Positions 11,990-24,966 of a DNA stretch of 64,000 nucleotides are shown here, piece after piece. Position numbers and translations under genes: made by a program. The stretch's first letter is position 1. Every line of letters starts with the position of its first letter. Location: assembly GCF_035084215.1 (NCBI RefSeq), contig NC_090326.1:25358001-25422000 (forward strand), read 5' to 3'. This DNA comes from Heptranchias perlo (taxonomy: Eukaryota). The notes under the pieces are model-generated. The model saw only the letters and a list, made by a program, of their open reading frames with translations. It did no database searches and was not told where the DNA came from.

Positions 11990-12709
11990 GTTGGTCTGCC
12001 TTGCCAATGATGCCCATATCCAGAGAATGAATTTTTAAGAAAAAAAAGTCTCTGAAGGATATGCTTCAATTAACAGCTAAGTAATGCCCCAGGCTAGAAC
12101 GTACTACTACAGCATGCAGCACACTCCCATCATTCTCCAGATGTTGGACAAAGTTCTGGTAACTGGAACCAATCAAATACAGACAGTTATGATTTACTGG
12201 CAGTGAAAGCGCAGAAATGTTCCCGGCCAGGGTTACTGTAAGCATCATTAAATTATAATAGTAACTGCCAAATGAAAGAAGTTACCACTGCAGGGTACAA
12301 GCAATGAAATGTGTATTACTGCATATTCCCTGCTGTGACCATTGAGGGATAGATAAGCTATTCAAAACATTCACACAACATCCCACCAGCAGGACTTGAG
12401 GTCAACAGCACTGCGGCTTCCCTAAACACAACAAGACAAAGCAGATCTCGGCCTAGTGAGCAGCAAGAGCTTACCACCCAGCAGAAAGATTGAAAGCAGC
12501 TGTCATCCCCAGACATGTGCGGAGCTGGTTGGATTCCAACCAGGCAATGGTAGGGAAGGCACAATCGGCTACTAGACTTGGTTGTGAAGAGCCTGCCAAC
12601 ACTCAACAATCCAGGCTGACATATGAAGGAAGGATGAACACTCAGGCAAGGTAGCAAAGTACGGTTAGTGGCTTTGGACTGATAACTCAGCAAGTCTAAT
12701 CACATTCTG

Positions 12710-13200
12710 CCTTAGAGAGGGTGCAGGGGAGATTTACTAGAATGGCATCAGTGATGAGGGACTTGAGTTATGCGGAGAGACTGGAGAAGCTGGGGTTGTT
12801 CTCCTTAGAACAAAGAAAGTTAAGGGGAGATTTGAGAGGTGTTCAAAATCATGAACAGTTTTGATAGAGTAAATAAGGAACTGTTTCCAGTGGCAGAAGG
12901 GTCGGTAACCAGAGGACACAGATTTAAGGTGATTGGCAAAAGAAACAGAGGCGAGATGAGGAAACATTTTTTTCATGCAGCGAGTTGTTAGGGTCTGGAA
13001 TACACTGCCTGAAAGGATGGTGGAAGTAGATTCAATAGTAACTTTCAAAGGGGAATTAGATAAATACTTGAAGGGATAAAATTTACAGGGCTATGGGGAA
13101 AGAGCAGGGGTGTGGGACTAATTGGATAGCTCTTTCAAAGAGCAGACACAGGCACGATGGGCCGAACGGCCTCCTTCCATGCTGTACCATACCATGATAC
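12710..13200 (+). mobile_element. CR1 LINE 3' fragment
   Basis: TTAGAGAGGGTGCAG (LERVQ) through TGGAATACACTGCCT to the GATGGGCCGAACGGCC 3' stem. Confidence 0.85.
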
Positions 13201-13579
13201 TACTACTCTGATGCACACACAAAAAGAGATTCTCCAATAATATAATGAAAGAGAACTCGACTGCTCTCTGGCAGGAAATATGCAGCAAACACAATGACAG
13301 CACTGAGGATGTTATTTTTTTTAAAAAGAAAAATCAATCATTTCTTGCTGGCTGTGTCTGATTTTGGGGAGGATCCTGGAATTTACAAGTAGCTGCCAAT
13401 CTGTAGCAAAACTTCACCAGCAACAGCACAATCCCCCCTAATTGATCTTATGATTTGCCCACTAGCAATTTGCCTATAATTGCCTTCATGAGGGGAGGGG
13501 AGAAAGCTGGAGGTAATGTTTTCTAAAAAAAAGAGCAACTGCAGGTGTCCATTCTTTATAAATGAAATAACGCTAGCCA

Positions 13580-13765
13580 ATTGATCGTGGCATTATCTCA
13601 TTGCTGTTTGTGGGACCTTGCTGTGTGCAAATTGGTTGCTGCGTTTCTCTACATTACAGCAGTGACTACACTTCAAAAAAATACTTCACTGGCTGTAAAG
13701 CACTTTGGGATGTCCTGAGATTGTGAAGAGCTTTAACTATATAAAAGCAAGTCTTTCTTTTCCTT
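13580..13765 (+). mobile_element. DeuSINE 3' part
   Basis: CATTGCTGTTTGTGGGACCTTGCTGTG...GTGACTACACTTCAAAA...GCAAGTCTTTCTTT. Confidence 0.8.
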
Positions 13766-14464
13766 TCTCTATTCACAGTAGATCAGAGAAATCTTTCACT
13801 CCTTGATTAGGAATGTGATCCATGTAATGCACAATGTATTATTGGGTTGCTAAGGTGGAGCCAAGTATCACTGGTGCACATCTCTATGTCCATAAGATCA
13901 GGCACCTCCTGAAGACAATTACAGTACCACACTGGTGCATCTGCCTAGAATACGTGCTCAGGTCTCTGAACCCACGGCCTCTGACTCAGAGGCACAACTT
14001 CTACCACTGAACCATGGCTGATCTCTAAAATGCAGACGCAAGAATTAATAAAGCGGGGAAAAAAATGACAAAAATGTGACATAGGGTTTAGTGGACAGGA
14101 AGCTACATGCAGACACAAGATTTAAAAAAATTATAGATATAGGTAGATGTAAACTTAATGAATCTTCATAAGGTTACAGAGTTTTATTAAAACTCAACTT
14201 AAAATTACCTAGTGTACAAAATGAATGAGGGAATTTATCCCCTATCCCAGTTAGTATCACCTCATTCTAGATTAGCTGCAACAATAAACACAACACAGTG
14301 GATCATTTGCAGTGTCGGTGATTCAAGTATTGCATCTGTTGTTGTTCAAAAGGCTACATAAGGGGGGCCAGACTGCATATAGGCAAAAGCACAGTCTGTT
14401 CAATCTCCCTATCCGCAAAATGTTGGCCCTGATGGGTCAGCAACAGTACTACATTGCTTCTACT

Positions 14465-17400
14465 AATGTGCCAGAGTTAAGGACATCTCCTCACGGCTGG
14501 AAAAGAACTTGGAGCACGAGGGGGAGGATCCAGCTGTCGTGGTCTATGTAGGAACCAACGACATAGGCAGAACTAAGAATGGGGTTCTGCTGAGACAGTT
14601 TGAGGAGCTAGGGTCTAAATTAATAGGCAGAACCTGTAAAGGTAATAACCTCCGGATTACTACCTGAGCCACGTGCAAATTGGTACAGGGACAAACAGAT
14701 CAGAGAATTAAATGCGTGGCTCAAAGTGTGGTGTGTGAGACAGGGGTTTCGACTCATGGGACACTGGCACTAGTACTGGGGAAAGAGGCAGCTGTTCGGA
14801 CAGGACGGGGTTCTATCCACTTAAACTGGGATGGGACTAGCGTCCTGGTGAACCGAATAACTGGGGCTGTAGATAGGGCTTTAAACTAAAAAAGTGTGTG
14901 TGGGTGGGTGGGGGGTGGGGGGAGGTTGGGGTAAAGAGGGGTCAGATGAGTGGAAATTTAGAAATCTAATGAGAAAAGTAATAAGACAACAGTGTAATGA
15001 CTTGGGTAAAGATAAGCAGAGTGTGGCAGGAAGGGACAGAGAGTTTACCAATAATAGTACAACAAATAAGTTCAAAGCAGGAAAAAAATGGTAAAAAGTC
15101 AATATTAAAGGCTTTTTATCTGAATGCATGGAGGATTCTTAACAAGATAGATGAATTAATTGCACAAATAGAGATATATGGGTTTGATATAATAGCCATT
15201 ACAGAGACATGATTGCAAAATGACCAAGGTTGGGAACTAAATATTCAAGGGTGCATGACATTTAGAAAAGACATGCAGAATGGAAAAAGAGGGGATGCAG
15301 CCCTAATAATAAAGGATGACATAGGGACAGTGGTGAGAAAGAATCTTGGCTCAGAAGATCAGGAAGTAGAATCAATATGGGTGGAAATTAGAAATAACAA
15401 TGGACAGAAAACACTGATGGGAGTAGTTTATAGGCCCCCTAATAGTAGCAATACCGTTGGACAGAGTATTAATCATGAAATAATAGGAGCATGCAGTCAT
15501 CATGGGGGACTTTAATCTGCATATAGACTGGGCAAATCAAATTGGTAAAAGTAGTTTGAAAGACAAGTTCATGGAATGTATTCGAGATGGGTTCCCAGAG
15601 CAATACATCATGGAACCAAACAGGAAACAAGCTATTTTAGATCTTGTATTATGTAATGAGATAGGGTTAATTAGTAATCTCAGTAAGAGAACCTCTGGGA
15701 AAGAGTGATCATAATTTGATAGAATTTCACATTGAGCTTGAAAGTAACATACTTAAGTCAAAAACTAGAGTCCTAAAATTAAATAAAGCCAATTACACAG
15801 GTATGAGGGGCGAATTTTCAAAAGGTAGATTGGGAAACTAAATTAAAGGGTTTGACAGTTGAAAAGCAATGGCAAACATTTTTTAAAATTTCAATATTCT
15901 CAACAAATATACATTCCATTGAGAAATAAAAACTCCACAGGAAAAGTGATCCACCCGTGGCTAACTAAAGAAGTTAAGGAGACTGTTAGATTGAAAGAAG
16001 GGGCGTATAATGTTGCCTAGAAGAGTAATAAGCCCACGGATTGGGAAAGTTTTAGAAACCAAAGGATGACCAAAAAATTGTTTAAAAAGGAGAAAATAGA
16101 ATATGAAAGTAAACTAGCAAGAAATATAAAAACTATGTAAAAAGGAAGAGAGTAGCAAAAGTAAACGTTGGTCCCCTAGAGGCTGAGACAGGAGAAATTA
16201 TAATGGGGAAATCAGTTCAACAAATATTTTGTATCTGTCTTCACAGTGGAAGACACAAAAAGCATACCAAAAATAGTGGGGAACCAAGGGGCTAATGAGA
16301 GTGAGGAACTTAAAACAATTAATATCACTAGAGAAAAAGTACTGGACAAACTAATAGGACTGAAAGCCGACAAATCCCCCGGACCTGATGGGCTACATCC
16401 TAGGGTTCTAAAAGAGGTGGCTGCAGAGATAGTGGACGCATTGGTTTTGATCTTCCAAAATTCCTTAGATTCTAGAATGGTCCTAGTGGATTGGAAGGTA
16501 GCAAATGTAACCCCGCTATTCAAGAAGGGAGGGAGAGAGAAAACAGGGAACTACAGGCCAGTTAGCCTGACATCGGTCGTCGGGAAAATGCTGGAATTTA
16601 TTATTAAGGAAGTGGTATCAGGGCACTTAGAAAATCATAATATAGTTAGTCAGAGTCAAAATGGTTTTATGAAAGGGAAATCATGTTTGACAAATCTACT
16701 AGAGTTTTTTGAGGATGTAATTAGCAGGGTAGATAAAGGGGAACCAGTGGATGTAGTACATTTGGATTTTCAAAAGGCTTTCAATAAAGGTGCCACATAA
16801 AAGGTTGTTACACAAGATAAGGGCTCATGGGGTTGGGGGTAATATATTAGCATGGTTAGAGGATTGGTTAACGGACAGAAAACAAATAGTAGGAACAAAC
16901 GGGTCATTCTCAGATTGGCAGTCAATAACTAGTGGGGTACCGCAAGGAATGGTGCTTGGGCCTCAGCTATTTACAATCTATATTAATGACTTAGGTGAAG
17001 GGATCAAGTGTAAGGTATCCAAGTTTGCTGATGATACAAAGCTAGGTGGGAAAGTAAGCTGTGAGGAGGACACAGAGTCTGCAAAGGGAGATGGTCAGGT
17101 TAAGTGAGTGGGCGAGAAGGTGGCAGATGGAGTATAATGTGGGGAAATGTGAGGTTATTCACTTTGATAGGAAGAATAGAAAAACAGAATATTTTTTAAA
17201 TGATGAGAAACTAATAATTGTTGGTGTTCAGAGAGACTTGGGTGTCCTTGTATAAGAAACACAAGGAGTTAATATGCAGGTACAGCAGGCAATTAGGAAA
17301 GCAAATGGCATGTTGGCTTTTATTGCAAGGGGCTTGGAGTACAAGAGTAGGTAAGTCTTACTACTGTTGTACAGGGCTTTAGTGAGACCTCACCTAGAAT

Positions 17401-17922
17401 ACCACCTAGTTTTGTTCTCCTTATTTAAGCAAGGATATACTTGTCTTAAAGGCAGTACAACAAAAGGTTCACTAGATTAATTCCTGGGAAGAGAGTGTTG
17501 TCCTGTGAAGAGAGGTTGAGTAGAATGGGCCTATACTCTGGCGTTTCGAAGAATGAGAGATGATCTCATTGAAACATAAGATTATGAGGGGGCTTGACAG
17601 GGTAGATGCTGAGAGATTGTTTCCCCCTGGCTAATGACTCTAGAACTAGGGGACAAAGTTGCAGATAAGGGGTCGGCCATTCAAGACTGAGATGAGGAGG
17701 AATTTCTTTACTGAGGGTTGTGAATCTTTGGAATTCCCTACCCCAGAGGACTGTGGATGCTGAGTATATTCAAGGCTGAGATGGACACTAAGAGAATCAA
17801 GGGATATGTGGATCGGACGGGAAAGTGGAGTCGAGGTCGAAGATCAGCCGTGATCTTACTGAATGGCAAAGCAGGGCTGAGGGGCCATTTGGTCTACTCC
17901 TGTTCCTATTTCTTATGTCCTT
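14465..17922 (+). mobile_element. Near full-length degenerate CR1 LINE (ORF1 SGNH-esterase remnant plus ORF2 APE-RT)
   Basis: ORF1 remnant ARVKDIS..GEDPAVVVYVGTNDIG..HLNWDG; ORF2 YLNA, ITET, YRPP, GDFN, LDLVL, SPGPDG, YRPVSLTS, GVPQG, FADD; many stops and frameshifts; CR1 tail at about 17900. Confidence 0.93.
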
Positions 17923-18199
17923 AAAAAATAATAAAGATAAACAATATCTGTTAACTTCCAAAACAACTCCTTAATGTCTATGTTGTCTTGGTGAACAGTA
18001 GAAGAGAGGCCAGTCACCTCACCTCGAGATGGGGAGGAGTAGTACTGGAAAGAGAGTGTCACCTTGGGTCACTCTCTTGCACCACATCGTGATTGGGACA
18101 ATGCCAGAAGCCTGCGAGCAGATCTCCAAGTCTGCTCTTGTTGCTTGGAGGAAACATATTATCATAAACGTGTTTTAGTGTCTTAAGTGCCCGTCTTGA

Positions 18200-18573
18200 C
18201 TCAGGGGCAGCACCATCACCTCTGATTGAGAAGGTCTTGGATTCAAGCCCCACTGCAGGACTTGAGCACATAATCTGGGCTGAAATGTCAGTGCAGTGCT
18301 GAGGGAGCACTGCATTGTTGGAGGTGCCATCCATCAGATGAGACATGAAACAGAGACCCTGCTTGCCCTCTAGGGTGAATGTAAAAGATCAGTTGGCACT
18401 ATTTGAAGCAAAGCAGGGGGCCTGGGCAAAATTTAATCCCTCAACCACCTATGTGTGCAAACTGACTGTTGTATTTGCCTACAAAAGAACAGTGACTACA
18501 CTTCAAAAGTGATTCATTTGCTGTGAAGGGCTTTGGGATATCCTGAGGATGTAAAAGGTGCTATATAAATGCA
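18200..18573 (+). mobile_element. DeuSINE, degenerate full-length
   Basis: B box GATTCAAGCCC, Deu-like core GATGAGACATGAAAC..GTAAAAGATC, and GCTATATAAATGC tail. Confidence 0.8.
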
Positions 18574-19142
18574 CAGAAAGTGCTACTATTTGGCAGATTG
18601 TTCACGGTAGAAGTGAGACACTAATGATTTTTCCATTAACAGTGCCGGATTAATGCTCCTTTAATAGAAAAAAAGGGACAGAAAATAGGGGAAAGCAAGG
18701 GGGAAAAAAAGGGATAAAACCCAAAAGCACAGTGGATCATAGTTACCCACCATCTTTTGAGAGGGTTTTGCACAGAAATCACACATATACCATGATGTTC
18801 GGTACAAAGCTCCACTTCAGTTATAAAGTGGTAGCATGAGCCAATGAGATGAACATCAGTAGGGAGACTTGATACAGCAGCACAGACAGTGCCAATCAGA
18901 AGACTTTGTTAGGTCAACTGCTGCTACAAACACTCAAGAAATGATGTTTGATTTAGCCAAGATCAGATTTACAGCCATAGCTAGATTATGGACCGAAAGC
19001 ATTATTGTGTCCGAAACAAGATTGCCTGCTTCTCAATCCATTCAAAACTACATGTTCTACATTTTAATTGAATATTATAAATTTTGAAGAGTCAATGGTT
19101 TGTGTTTAAGCTAACATTGGAATTTGTTCGCAGTGAACGTAC

Positions 19143-19253
19143 CTTGTGCATCTGTACAGACAGTTTCTCAGATACAGCACACTTCCAACACCCTCTGGGG
19201 CCCTTCCATTTACGAACATTCGGCAACATCGGCTGATTCAACTCTACACAGAA
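19143..19253 (-). CDS. EEPD1: EEPD1 internal coding exon (111 nt, phase 0-0)
   Basis: tttgcag|...|gtacgt; encodes FCVELNQPMLPNVRKWKGPRGCWKCAVSEKLSVQMHK, matching recalled human FCTELNQPTLPNIRKWKGPRGCWKAVVAEKPSSQLQK. Confidence 0.95.
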
Positions 19254-19644
19254 CTGCAAAGCAGAAAGTTTCAATGAGTCAAAACTGTGCAACAGTTAAC
19301 AGTTTTGAAAAATCCTTCAAATATTAAAATATACTTTGATTTTATGTTGAAGTCCTCCAACTGTTTATTAAAAATGCCACAGAACCTGTACAAAGCAGTT
19401 AGTACTGCTCTGGGTTACATAAAGCAAGGAAGTTTGTTGCTGAATAATTTGCGTTTGGCCTAGATAGTGACCTATAATCGCAGTTTTATTATAAAAGGAT
19501 TGAATTAATACCCGTTGGCTTTATATTGCCTATAAGCTGTTGTGCTACAAGGAATTCAAATGATTTTCTGGAGAAATGCTTTATTCAGTCCAAATAGACC
19601 TCATCAAAAGTAATAATGTGTATACCCAATGCAAAAAGAAAAAA

Positions 19645-20070
19645 AGACGTGCATTTATATAGCGCCTTTTATGACCTCAGGACATCCCAAAACACTTTAC
19701 ATTCCACGAAATACTTTTTTTGAAGCGCAGTCATTGTTGTAACGTAGGGAAACGCAGCAGCCAATTTGCGCACAGCAAAGCCCCACAAACAGCAATGAGA
19801 TAATGACTAGTAATCTGTTTTACTGATGATGGGAAAATATTGGCCAGGACATCAGGAAGAACTCCCCTGCTCTTCTTTGAAATAATGCACCTGAGGCAAA
19901 CGCCTCGGTTTAACGTCTCATCCCAAATACGACACCTCCAACAGTGCAGAACTCCCTCCGAACTGCACCGGAGTGTCAGCCTATATTTTGTGCTCAAGTC
20001 TCTGGGGTGGGACTTGAAACCACAACCTTCTGACTCAAAGGAGAGTCCCATTGAGCCACAGCTGGCACCA
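19645..20070 (-). mobile_element. DeuSINE, full-length
   Basis: Reverse complement of the 58760 copy, including the tRNA head TGGCTCAATGG...GGTTTCAAGTCCC. Confidence 0.85.
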
Positions 20071-20914
20071 CAATGAATCACAGATTTAGATGCGAAGCAG
20101 CTGTCCCTCCCTGAAGAACAACGCAAGACTGCAATTGGACTTCACTGTAGCTACCAGCACTGTTGTTTCCGTGTGTTTAGACCAAGTATGTTTTTAGGTC
20201 ATGTCCTGCAAAAAGTAGCCGCAATGTAGCAGCAGCTGAACCTATCACTCAGTCAGGTCAGAACCTGAACCAGGTCAGTCCTAAATCAGAATGGGTCAAT
20301 GATATAAAAGTGTCTACACAGATTGCCAATCTTACTCAAATAGGCTAGATGACTATGTTGAATATGGAAAAATTCCTACAGATGCAGCAATTGGAGATGC
20401 TCGGTCAAGGCTGAGGCTTACGGCACGATTATACTGGGGGAGCTTTATTCTGCATTCAATCTGCACTGCGACTCAACTGGTGGGGGGAAAAAAAGCATCT
20501 GTTCCCCAGCATCACCTTCCCTCATCTTGAAGAGTACAGAAATTAATCAAAAATTTGTTTTAAAATACCTAGAATTGAGACAAACATTCTCAAAATAGAC
20601 ATCAAATCTTTGAAGTTTTAAAAAAAAACCACGTAAGCAAAATCTGTTGGATGTGAAAATGGAGTTATGGTCTTGATTCTGAAGTCCGTGCATCTACACA
20701 ACATATTAAAGTTGCTTTCGGTCAGTTACGCTGGCAGGACTGGGCCTTAATCATGAAAATCAATGTGCTTTAGCGCCAGTGTGTCTATGTGTCTACATAC
20801 ACTCTGGCCTCTGCGCAGTTTTAAATGAACAGGTAGTTATCACACCAATAGAAACAAACTCTGATTTTACAGAGTGAGATTTTATTGTCTCAGCACAATA
20901 TAAACACGTCTGGG

Positions 20915-21602
20915 ATACTTGCAATGCATTCAAATGGCTGAATGTGCTGCAGATGCTCAATCTTCACGTAGGCACACAAGTGACTTTAGAACCAGTGTCA
21001 GGCAGATTCGAGATGAATTATAGACATCAACTTTTTGCAGCAAGAGGAAAATTATAACAGATCAGCTTTGAGAGTTCACATATCTAAGACCCATGCACAC
21101 CTCCCCGAGAAAATCCAGTAAGAGTACTTACATTTGCTTGAACTCAGCATTGACACTTTCCATATGCACATGAACAAAATAATGGGGAATAACCCAATGC
21201 TGGCTTGTGTAAATGAGCCTCAGTTGAACCCCAAGAGCATCACTTCAATACAATATATGCTTCCAAATTAAAATCAGTTTAACTGCATAAGTCACAAAAG
21301 TCATTACACAGTCTACATGCTGCAGTTCACATCTAACCTGTAGCGTGCTCCCAAGGCTGTACTTTAGATTCAAATGGGTTTTTAGAACTTTTCAGCAAGC
21401 TGAACATTAACTGACATAGACCACAGCTAGAAGATATGTGGACTCTCAAAGCTGATATGTTATCATTTTCCTCTTGCTGCAAAAAGTTGATGTCTATAAT
21501 TTATCTCGAATCTGCCTGACACTGGTTCTAAAGTCACTTGTGTGCCTATGTGCTACAGATGCTCAATCTTCACGTTCAGCCATTTGAATGCACTGCAAGT
21601 AT
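20915..21602. repeat. 171-bp inverted repeat (arms 20915-21085 and 21432-21602, 346-bp spacer)
   Basis: The arms are reverse complements with 5 mismatches over 145 bp, except a 26-bp segment present in direct orientation in both arms. Confidence 0.95.
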
Positions 21603-22249
21603 GCACACATTATAAAATGTACCAGAAATCTATCTTAGTGTAAATGCTGATGACAAAGCCCACGGACCATTAAACATCAATGTCTCCTTTCAAGATTAAA
21701 TGAAAAACTGAGTGTTGGATTACATGATCTGGTATGAATACCTGTTGGATTTCTGCCAAACTATACTAAACTGATAGGCAGGGTTTATGTGGGCCTTTAG
21801 TGGATTCAGCAGAGTGCTGTAAAATTCCATTTAACCTCAATTCAGAATGGACTTACTTCAATTAAGATTACTGTCTAGTCTCAATAAAAGTGTCATTTTG
21901 TTGTGCTAAGAAAAATGAATTATGCAATTATTTCAATTAAGCAATGTAAATAACATTGCAAAGCGGGAATTTAGTGGTAAAAAAAAATTAAAACATACAA
22001 TTCAAAGTCACTTAACTCAAATTAAATGCAGACTGTATTGTCAGTTTTAGAGCCAATGAAAGCTTAATTATTGAAAAAAATGTATACTCAAGCATTTGCT
22101 GAGATCCAAAATGTCAGAATTTTCAAACACCCCTCCCTCTTGTGGATCCATGCAGGGTGCTGTCTGTCCTACAGCTGCCATTCAGTATCTTGCTCAAATG
22201 GTCAATCTCCACATATAAGCCTTGACTGAGAGCAATTGGTGGACCTCCA

Positions 22250-22620
22250 ACAGGCTGCTGGCTCGTGCTGTGAACGCCGATTCACTGAATTCCTTCAAAC
22301 CAGAACTGGATCTGTTTCTGGCTGGGGATCACCTCTACAAAAGGTAGGTACTGCATAGAATTATCAGGGCTAGAGTGACCTCCTCGACTTGTGTTGTTTG
22401 CTTAAGGCGGGAGGGGGGGGCGGTTGGAGAGGAATTTCCCAGATTTTTTCCCCCTTAAGTGGCCTGCATTTTTATCTGGATTTTCACCTCTCCCAGGAGA
22501 TCACATGGTTTCAGGTAGGGTGCGGAGAGTATATATCGTGATGCAAAAAGAATCACAGTTGTGTGGGACAGGCTGGACAGACCAGAGGGTCTTTTCCTGT
22601 CTGTCGTTGTTCATATGTTT
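22250..22620 (+). mobile_element. Divergent CR1-group LINE 3' fragment
   Basis: TTCCTTCAAACCAGAACTGGATCTGTTTCTG (SFKxELDLFL) and a 3' UTR resembling 55380-55715. Confidence 0.5.
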
Positions 22621-22954
22621 GACTATGGAAGGCATCACAATTAAACTTGACCTCATTCTTATCTGGTGCAACGTGTTGTAATACTATAGAATTAGTCAAC
22701 AGATATTAAATGCACTGAATGGTTATTTTCATCATTTAAAGACAGGAAAGGGTTATGTTGCATAAAAATAAACAAATGTAACTTCTCTCTTCCCCAGCAG
22801 ACAGCATTTTCACACTGGGGCTTTAAAACAATTCTCTCCTTTCTAAACTGCTAGCAGATCAGAGAATCACTTTAAATCCCCGCAACAGAAATGTGTGCTG
22901 GGGAATTTAAACTTCCAATTGGCTTTAACTTGGCTTATACTGCCAGTTGGAAAG

Positions 22955-24966
22955 AAATAATTTGCATTTATATAGCGCTTTTCATGACTTCAGGACATTG
23001 CAAAGTGCTTCATAGCCAATGAAATGCTTTTGAAGCATAGTCACTGTTGTAATGTAGGAAACACAGGAATCAATTTGTCCACAGCAAGGACCCACAAACA
23101 GCAATGAGATAAATGACCAGATAATCTGTTTTTAGTGATGTTGGTTGAAGAATAAATGTTAGCCAGGATACCAGGGAAGAACTCACCTGCTCTTCGTCAA
23201 ATAGTACCATTAGTGCAAAAGACAAGGCTGAAGCATTTGCAACCATCTTCAGCCAGAAGTGTCGAGTGGATGATCCATCTCGGCCTCCTCCTGATATCCC
23301 CACCATCACAGAAGCCAGTCTTCAGCCAATTCGATTCACTCCACGTGATATCAAGAAACGGCTGAGTGCACTGGATACAGCAAAGGCTATGGGCCCCGAC
23401 AACATCCCGGCTGTAGTGCTGAAGACTTGTGCTCCAGAACTACCCAACAATGTGGAAAATTTCCCAGGTATGTCCTGTCCACAAAAAGCAGGACTAATCC
23501 AATCATGCCAATTACCGCCCCATCAGTCTACTCTCAATTATCAGCAAAGTGATGGAAGGTGTCGTCGACAGTGCTATCAAGCAGCACTTACTCACCAATA
23601 ACCTGCTCACTGATGCTCAGTTTGGGTTCCGCCAGGACCACTCGGCTCCAGACCTCATTACAGCCTTGGTCCAAACATGGACAAAAGAGCTGAATTCCAG
23701 AGGTGAGGTGAGATTGACTGCCCTTGACATCAAGGCAGCATTTGACAGTGTGGCACCAAGGAGCCCTGGTAAAATTGAAGTCAATGGGAATCAGGGGGAA
23801 AACTCTCCAGTGGCTGCAGTCATATTTAGCACAAAGGAAGATGGTATTGGTTGTTGGAGGCCAATCATCTCAGCCCCAGGACATTGCTGCAGGAGTTCCT
23901 CAAGGCAGTGTCCTAGGCCCAACCATCTTCAACTGCTTCATCAATGACCTTCCCTCCATCATAAGGTCAGAAATGGGGATGTTCGCTGATGATTGCGCGG
24001 TGTTCAGTTCCATTCGCAATCCCTCAAATAATGAAGCAGTCCGAGCCCACGTGCAGCAGGACCTGGACAACATCCAGGCTTGGGCTGATATGTGGCAAGT
24101 AACATTCGTGCCAGGCAATAACCATCTCCAACAAGAGAGAGTCTAACCACCTCCCCTTGACATTCAACGGCATTACCATCGCCGAATCCCCCACCATCAA
24201 CATCCTGGGGGTCACCACTGACCAGAAACTTAACTGGACCAGTCATATAAATACTGTGGCTGCAAGAGCAGGTCAGAGGCTGGGTATTCTGCGGCAAGTG
24301 ACTCATCTCCTGACTCCCCAAAGACTTTCCACCATCTACAAGGCACAAGTCAGGAGTGTGATGGGATACTCTCCACTTGCCTGGATGAGTGCAGCTCCAA
24401 CAACACTCAAGAAGCTCAACACCATCCAGGACAAAGCAGCTCGCTTGATTGGCACCTCATCCACCACCCTAAACATTCACTCCCTTCACCACCGCCACAC
24501 CGTGGCTGCAGTGTGTACCATCCAGGATGCACTGCAGCAACTCGCCAAGGCTTCATCGACAGCACCTCCCAAACCCGTGACCTCTACCACCTAGAAGGAC
24601 AAGGGCAGCAGGCACATGGGAACAACACCACCTGCACGTTCCCCTCCAAGTCACACACCATCCCGACTTGGAAATATATCGCCGTTCCTTCATAGTCGCT
24701 GGGTCAAAATGCTGGAACTCCCTTCCTAACAGCACTGTGGGAGAACCTTCACCACACGGACTGCAACAGTTCAAGGCGGCGGCTCACCACCACCTTCTCA
24801 AGGGCAATTAGGGATGGGCAATAAATAAATCTTTTACATTCACCTGAGGGGGCACTCAGTACTGCACTGACGTGTCAGCTTAGGTTTTATGCTCAAGTCT
24901 CTGGTGTGGGCTCAAACCCTCAACCTTCTGACTCTAAGGCAAGCATGCTACCAATGAACCAAGGCT
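22955..24966 (-). mobile_element. DeuSINE split by a family B LINE (pieces about 22955-23210 and 24829-24966)
   Basis: SINE sequence ATAGTACCAT|...|ATCTTTTACATTCACCTGAG is contiguous in uninterrupted copies such as 8299-8330. Confidence 0.8.
23211..24828 (+). mobile_element. Family B LINE, 5'-truncated RT region
   Basis: AKDKAEAFATIF, GPDNIP, QFGFRQDHS, LDIKAAFDSV, GVPQGSVLGP, FADD; ends at GGGCAATAAATAAAT. Confidence 0.93.
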
